Below, piece by piece: positions 58,630 to 64,000 of a DNA stretch of 64,000 nt. Location of the stretch: contig CAWHXD010000006.1 in assembly GCA_963833225.1 (NCBI GenBank), forward strand, positions 256,001 to 320,000. The letters are read 5' to 3'. Both the position numbers and the translations under genes were made by a program. This stretch comes from an uncultured Chloroflexia bacterium. GTDB taxonomy: Bacteria; Chloroflexota; Limnocylindria; Limnocylindrales; CSP1-4. Below the pieces are notes generated by a model. It worked only from the letters and a program-made list of their open reading frames with translations, made no database searches and had not been told where the DNA came from. How positions within the stretch are numbered: the first letter of the stretch is position 1; every line of letters starts with the position of its first letter.

Positions 58630-59456
58630 ATGCGCGAGCCCGTCGATCCCCAGGACGCCCGGGACCCGGCCGCCGCCGCGACCGCGGCCGCACGGTCGTC
58701 GGCCGGCGTGCCCCCCTGGGTGCCGGCGCCTGGGTCATCCTGCCGACGTACGACGAGCGCGAGAACCTTGAGGGGATCTCGGCCGCCATCCTCGAAGCGC
58801 TTCCGGGAGCCACCCTGCTGGTCGTCGACGACGCGTCGCCCGACGGCACCGGCGAGATCGCCGAAGCGCTCGCGGCCGCCGACCCGCGGGTCATGGTCCA
58901 TCACCGGCCCGGCAAGCAGGGCCTGGGCCGGGCGTACCTCGACGGCTTCGGCGTCGCGCTTGGCGCCGGCGCGGCCGCCGTGATCCAGATGGATGCCGAC
59001 TGGTCGCACGACCCGGCGGCCCTGCCCGCACTCCTTGAGCCCGTCACGGCGGGCCGTGCGGATCTCGTCATCGGCTCTCGCTACGTTGCCGGCGGTGGGG
59101 TCGAGGACTGGGGCATCATGCGCCGGTTCATCTCACGCGGCGGCTCGACGTTCGCCCGGATCGTGCTCGGGCTCGGCCCGCGCGACCTGACCGGCGGGTT
59201 CAAGGCCTGGCGGGCGGCGACGCTGGCCACGGTCCCGTTCGACGGAGTGCGGGCGGGCGGGTACGTGTTCCAGATCGAGATGACCTACCGGGCGTCGCGT
59301 CTGGGGGCGCGTGTGGCGGAGGTGCCGATCACGTTCCGGGATCGCCGGCTCGGCCAGTCCAAGATGAGCCGGCGGATCATTGTCGAGGCGCTGTTCGTGG
59401 TGCTCCGCCTGCGCCTGGACGAGCTGCGCGGCCGCGGACCCGCCCGGCCGGCATGA
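58630..59456 (+). CDS. Polyprenol-monophosphomannose synthase-like GT2 (frameshift in the 5' part)
   Basis: The frame of the 58893 ORF extends upstream as WVILPTYDERENL...VVDDASPDGTG; also GLGRAY, QMDADWSH, GSRY and DLTGGFK. Confidence 0.85.
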
Positions 59457-60778
59457 CGGCGGATCGCGCGGTGGCCGGTGATGCCGGGCAGGGCGCGATG
59501 GCCCGTGATGCCAGTCCCGCCGTCTGGAGGCCGGGGGCCGCCGCCGATCAGCGAGAGGCGGCACGCGGAGTGCGCATCGTCCTCGACGCCCGGCCGCTGC
59601 AGGATCCCGAGCGCGCCCCGCTGACCGCGATCTACCTGGGCGAGCTGCTGACCGCGCTGGACGCCGATCCGGTCCCCGGTGAGTCCTACGCGTTCCTGAT
59701 CTCCGTGGACCGTGATGACCCCACCGAGCGCCTCGCGAATCTCGAGGTCATCGGCCGCCGCCTCCTGCCACCCACGCGTCTGCTCCGGTCCGGGTCGTTG
59801 ACCGTGGACCCGCTGCTCCTGCGGGGTGCATCGGCGGGTGCCGGCTGGCGGGCGGAGCGTGGGGGCGCCGCCGGGAGCGTCTACCACGCCGCCGCGGGGG
59901 GCCTGCCGATCGCGTCCCGGATCCCGGTGGTCGCGGCATTGCTGGACCTGGCGCCGTGGGCCATGCCAGATGCCTTCCAGCGCGGCGCGGCGGCCCGGTT
60001 CGGCCAACGGCTCCGCGCCCGGATCCTCAAGGATGCGGCGGCCGTGCTGGTCCCGGGCGCCGCCGCGGCCACGGACGCCCGCAGGCTGCTCCACCTCCGC
60101 CGCAGCCGGCTGCGCGTGGTGCCGCTTGCCCCGCGATCGGCGTTCCGGCCCCAGGCCCGAGCCGACTCGCTCGGCGAGCGCACGCGGCTGGGTCTCGGGG
60201 CCCGCTACGCCGTCTACACGGGCCGGTACGACGCCCGCCAGGACCTGCCAACGCTCCTCGACGCTCTCGCCCGGCTCGCTGCTGCCCCCGCCCCCGACGG
60301 CGTCCCCGCGGGCGCCTGGCCGCCGAGGGTGTGCCTCGTCGGTGCTTCACCCGACGACCGGGCCGCGCTGTCGCGAGCTGCCGGGCGGGCCGGCGCGGCC
60401 GAGCTCATCGTCTACGCCCCCGCGCTCCCCGATGAACGGCTGGCCGCGTTGGTCGCCGGAGCCCGCGTCGCGCTGCTCCCCGTCCACTCCGATTCGGCCG
60501 GCCTGGCGGCCCTCGAGGCGCTCGCCGTCGGGGTGCCCGTCATCGCGAGCGCGGTCGGGACGTTGCCCGAGATCGTCGGCTCGGCCGGCATCCTCGTCGA
60601 ACCCGGCGACCCGGGGCGCCTGGCGACCGCGATCGCAGCTGCGTGGGGGGAGGCGGATCCGTATCCGGGTCTCGTGATCGCCGCCGGCGAAGGCGCCGGC
60701 GGCCGCACTTGGGCGAACGTGGCGCGCGAGACCCGCGCCGTGTGGGCGGAGGTGGCCCGGACGGCCCCGCTCCTGTAG
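59453..60778 (+). CDS. GT4 (GT-B) glycosyltransferase, divergent
   Basis: VLDARPLQ, YTGRYDARQDL, SAGLAALEALAVGVPVIAS..G.LPEIVG. Confidence 0.8.
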   Translation: MTADRAVAGDAGQGAMARDASPAVWRPGAAADQREAARGVRIVLDARPLQDPERAPLTAIYLGELLTALDADPVPGESYAFLISVDRDDPTERLANLEVIGRRLLPPTRLLRSGSLTVDPLLLRGASAGAGWRAERGGAAGSVYHAAAGGLPIASRIPVVAALLDLAPWAMPDAFQRGAAARFGQRLRARILKDAAAVLVPGAAAATDARRLLHLRRSRLRVVPLAPRSAFRPQARADSLGERTRLGLGARYAVYTGRYDARQDLPTLLDALARLAAAPAPDGVPAGAWPPRVCLVGASPDDRAALSRAAGRAGAAELIVYAPALPDERLAALVAGARVALLPVHSDSAGLAALEALAVGVPVIASAVGTLPEIVGSAGILVEPGDPGRLATAIAAAWGEADPYPGLVIAAGEGAGGRTWANVARETRAVWAEVARTAPLL

Positions 60779-60886
60779 CGGGCAACCACTCCTGTAGCGG
60801 GCGGTTGCCGCTGGCGGGCGGTCTGCCCGTCCGGCAAGGATCTGGGCGCCCGACGACCCCCCCGCCGCCCGGCAACCCGGGAGCGA

Positions 60887-63004
60887 CTACCGCGGCTCGT
60901 CCCCGATCGGCAGGGCCGGACCGAGCCAGCCGGCGAGCGCGGAGGCGAACGGGCCCGCCATGTGGTGGTAGTCGCGGAACACCAGGAACTTGCCGATCAC
61001 CGCGGGACACGGACTCGAGGGACAGACCCAGGAGGTCGGGTCCACGAAATCGGCCTGGCCCAGCTCGGCCACCTCGCGCTCAAGCTCGGTCCACCCTGCG
61101 TCGACTGCCCTGTCGAACGGCGTCGCGCACTCGAGCACGTCGTCCTCGTGCGCCGACACGCAGCTCGGCAGGTCGAACGCCGATTGAGGCGTGTCGCCGA
61201 GGACGACGACGTGGTCCGCGATGGGCGCGAGGCGAGCGAGCGTCCGGGCCATGCCGGCGCGCCAGCGATCGATCCGGTCGGTTCCGGTCGCCGGTGCCGA
61301 CCCGTCGGCGTTTGCCGCCTTGAACCCCCGGTAGCCCGCCACGATCACCATGGCCGGTCGCTCCTGTGCGATCCGCTGGAACGCGGCTTCCCGCCACGAG
61401 GCACATTCGACGTACTCGCGGTTGAGGGCCTTGTCCCACATGGCCATGTCGGCCGGCTGGCAGCCGACCTTCCCCAGCATCACGAGCTTCCACGAATGGT
61501 CCGTTGCCAGGCGCTCGACGGCAGGGAACCATGCCAGCCCGTGGCTGTCCCCCAGCAGGACGACGGTCGTTGGTGACTGCTCGTCGCCGTAGACGCAGGG
61601 GGCCACCACGGTCTCGGCGCGATCAGCCTCACATCCATCCGTGTAGGGCCGCGGCACGCTCCTCCGGGCGACATCGAGGGCGGGTCGCAGCCCGGGCGGC
61701 AGCGGACCTGCCTGCGTGGCCGGCCGTCCCGGCGCCGCGGCGAGGATCTGGTTGAGCTCCGCCTCATCGTCCGCAAGCGAGGTGATCGCGCCGCTTCCGT
61801 GGAGCGCGATCGTCGTCTGGGCACCCACGCCCAGCGACACCGTCGCCACGACGAGCGACAACGCCCCCGCCATCGCGAGGTTTCGCCGCGGCACCGTGCC
61901 GATCCCGCGTCCGTGGCGGATGGGATCCTCGACCCAGCGCTGGGTGACGGCCGCGAGGCCGATCGCGACCAGGACGAGGGCCCCTCGGGCCCACCAGGGA
62001 AGCCGCGTGTCGAGGGCGAACGCGGGCAGGATCAGCAGTGGCCAGTGCCAGAGATACAGCGAGTACGAGATCCGACCGAGGAAGCGCGGGATCGCCATCG
62101 AGAGCCAGCGTCCGGGAGCCAGGGCGGTCTGCCTGAAGCCGCCCGCGATCACCAGGGCGCTCCCGATGGTCGGCAGGAGAGCGGCGACGCCCGGGAATGG
62201 CGTCTCGGTGCCCAGGATGACGCCCGAGATGGCAACCATGGCGAGGCCAGCCCACGCGGCGATCGCGGCGGGTAGCTCGGGGATCCGGCGGAGCCGCGCC
62301 GCGCTGATCGCGAGACAGGCGCCCAGCCCAAGCTCCCAGGCCCGGGTGGGCAGGGAGAAGAATGCCCACGGCTCGTTGGCATGGGTGAGCCAGATCGAGA
62401 GCGCGAGCGAGACCACGGTGATGCCCACCGCGACGATCCCGATGCGCCGGTCGAAGTTGCCTCGAACCCTCGCGACCAGGAGGACGATCGCGGGCCAGAA
62501 CACATAGAACTGCTCTTCGACGCTCAGCGACCAGAAGTGGAGGATCGGCGACGGAGCCAGGTCCGACTGGAGATAGTCCGTCGCCTGGAAGGCGAAGCGC
62601 AGGTTGGACACGTAGAGCGCGGCGGACGCGGCATCCCCTGCCACATCCGGCACGCTCAGCGCCGGCATCACGAGCACCGCGGCAATGAGCGTGGCCAGGA
62701 GCACGAGGGCCGCCGCGGGCAGCAGACGCCGCGCGCGCCGCGCATAGAAGGCCGGCAACGAGATGCGACCGGTGCGCCGGACCTCGCGCAACAGGAGCCC
62801 GGTGATCAGGAACCCAGACAGGACGAAGAACACGTCCACGCCGACGTAGCCGCCAGCAAACCCGGGAACGGACGCGTGGTAGAGAAGGACGAGGACGACC
62901 GCGACAGCGCGAAGGCCCTCAAGATCCGGGCGGAAGCCTTCGGTCGGATCTCCGGGGCGAGGGCTCGTTTCGGTCAAGAAGGCGCTGGCCTCCAGCTTCG
63001 ACAT
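60887..63004 (-). CDS. Acyltransferase-3 + SGNH O-acetyltransferase (OatA/OafA-like)
   Basis: RPDLEGLRAVAV, GVDVFFVLSGFLIT, HFWSLSVEEQFY, SYSLYLWHWP, GDSH and DYHH. Confidence 0.93.
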   Translation of the reverse strand: MSKLEASAFLTETSPRPGDPTEGFRPDLEGLRAVAVVLVLLYHASVPGFAGGYVGVDVFFVLSGFLITGLLLREVRRTGRISLPAFYARRARRLLPAAALVLLATLIAAVLVMPALSVPDVAGDAASAALYVSNLRFAFQATDYLQSDLAPSPILHFWSLSVEEQFYVFWPAIVLLVARVRGNFDRRIGIVAVGITVVSLALSIWLTHANEPWAFFSLPTRAWELGLGACLAISAARLRRIPELPAAIAAWAGLAMVAISGVILGTETPFPGVAALLPTIGSALVIAGGFRQTALAPGRWLSMAIPRFLGRISYSLYLWHWPLLILPAFALDTRLPWWARGALVLVAIGLAAVTQRWVEDPIRHGRGIGTVPRRNLAMAGALSLVVATVSLGVGAQTTIALHGSGAITSLADDEAELNQILAAAPGRPATQAGPLPPGLRPALDVARRSVPRPYTDGCEADRAETVVAPCVYGDEQSPTTVVLLGDSHGLAWFPAVERLATDHSWKLVMLGKVGCQPADMAMWDKALNREYVECASWREAAFQRIAQERPAMVIVAGYRGFKAANADGSAPATGTDRIDRWRAGMARTLARLAPIADHVVVLGDTPQSAFDLPSCVSAHEDDVLECATPFDRAVDAGWTELEREVAELGQADFVDPTSWVCPSSPCPAVIGKFLVFRDYHHMAGPFASALAGWLGPALPIGDEPR

Positions 63005-63073
63005 CCGGCCTCGCGCCGGAGGGCACCCCGGCCTCGAGTATATGTCGGCTCCGGATCTGGCCCCCCCAGCCCC

Positions 63074-64000
63074 CTAGGCGACCGGGACCTTGCCGTCCTT
63101 GACGGTGATCACCGTGGACTTGATGACAACCTGGATGAAGGTCTGCCCGATCGTGAGCGTGACCTGCTTGCCGTCGGGTCCGAAGAAGCGCGTCGGCGAG
63201 TCGAAGCTCTTCTTCTTCCAGGTGCCCTTGATGGTGATGCCGTTGGTCGCGATCCAGGCCGGCCCGGTCCCCGTGATGTGCCCGTCGAGGCGATGCTTCT
63301 TGTCGCCGATCGGGACGAACGCGACCTTCATGATGACCACGTTCTTGGGCGCGATCCGGGTCTTGGGCTTCGTCCCGACGTCATACTGCTTGCCCTCGAC
63401 CGAGACCGAGCGCCTGTAGGTGTTGGTGGCCCGGTCGTACTTGTAGGTGATCTTGTTCCAGGTGTACGGGACCTTGATGGTCCCGCCCTCGGGTCGCAGC
63501 TCGAGGGGCGCGTCCGGGGCGAAGTTCCACACCGGCTTCTGGTCCTTCACCGGCTTGGCGCCGACGGATTTCGGGATCTTCTTGACGTTCTTCTGGTCGC
63601 TGTAGAGGTTGTGCGGCGCCGTCCGGAACTTCACCCGGTACAGGAAGCGGCTCCAGTCCGCGTTGTACACGGCCTGGCCATGACCCTGCGCGCGCAGGAA
63701 CGCGATCGCCTGTGGCGAGCCGCCCGCGTGCACGTACACCGACGTCCACTCTGACGCCCATCCGACGTAGTACAGCCGCGAGCTTCGCACCGGTCCGAGC
63801 CGGGTCGGGAACGTCGTCTGGAACAGGGCCATGTAGCGCGGGATGCCACCCTCCGCGGGGGCGTGCCACACGACATCGGCCTGGGACAGGCCCATCTGCG
63901 GCCGGGCCGCCCACAGGTCGTCGATCATGACCGCGATGACGGGACGGCTCGCCACCTTCTCCGTGACCGGTGCGCCGGTGAGCGGCGCGGGAACCAGGAC
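63074..64000 (-). CDS. DUF3048 (YerB-like) secreted/lipoprotein, 5' end outside the window
   Basis: PLTG, AVMIDD...ARPQ.GLSQADVV...EGGIPR, GPVRSSR.YY and APHNLY. Confidence 0.85.
   Translation of the reverse strand, partial: VLVPAPLTGAPVTEKVASRPVIAVMIDDLWAARPQMGLSQADVVWHAPAEGGIPRYMALFQTTFPTRLGPVRSSRLYYVGWASEWTSVYVHAGGSPQAIAFLRAQGHGQAVYNADWSRFLYRVKFRTAPHNLYSDQKNVKKIPKSVGAKPVKDQKPVWNFAPDAPLELRPEGGTIKVPYTWNKITYKYDRATNTYRRSVSVEGKQYDVGTKPKTRIAPKNVVIMKVAFVPIGDKKHRLDGHITGTGPAWIATNGITIKGTWKKKSFDSPTRFFGPDGKQVTLTIGQTFIQVVIKSTVITVKDGKVPVA

Noticed and set aside
60781-60880. Bidirectional terminator between the convergent GT4 and acyltransferase genes
   Set aside because: Inverted repeats (GGTTGCC / GGCAACC) exist but there is no U-tract and the pairing is ambiguous, so it cannot be called.

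Overview
Very GC-rich, densely coding bacterial chromosome segment. The gene set suggests Chloroflexota, possibly a Limnocylindria/Ellin6529-like lineage (inference, not a database result). No rRNA, tRNA, CRISPR array, integrase or transposase is recognisable. In order it holds: Ycf45-like ATPase/R3H, YdeI, VOC, PlsC and a phytoene-desaturase-like gene; an 11.5 kb signalling island (5.0-16.6 kb); tldD/pmbA; a membrane-bound group 1 [NiFe]-hydrogenase operon; a nucleotide and second-messenger block (tmk, GGDEF, DarA/PstA, proline dehydrogenase, DinB, Nudix, ppk2, GuaB3, guaA); a UPF0182 region; radC...mreB-mreC; and a cell-surface block (sulfotransferase, rmlA/B/D, two large secreted FlgD-Ig-repeat proteins, GT2, GT4, OatA-like acyltransferase, DUF3048). 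The best candidate for a new system is the 5.0-16.6 kb island. A translationally coupled array of paralogous membrane 'receptor' cassettes all stop after what looks like the first half of a GAF domain. The downstream PP2C phosphatase/RsbW-kinase fusion begins with the complementary second half, and two STAS proteins follow it. A 55-aa microprotein, too short for the ORF track, consists almost only of the GAF N-half. Two identically spaced three-box operators with SARP-type geometry sit upstream of the array and of the phosphatase, next to a divergent SARP/BTAD-STAND regulator. A 150-bp hairpin-forming element also occurs twice. About a dozen single-base frameshifts in otherwise intact genes point to sequencing or assembly indels, so start and stop calls need caution.
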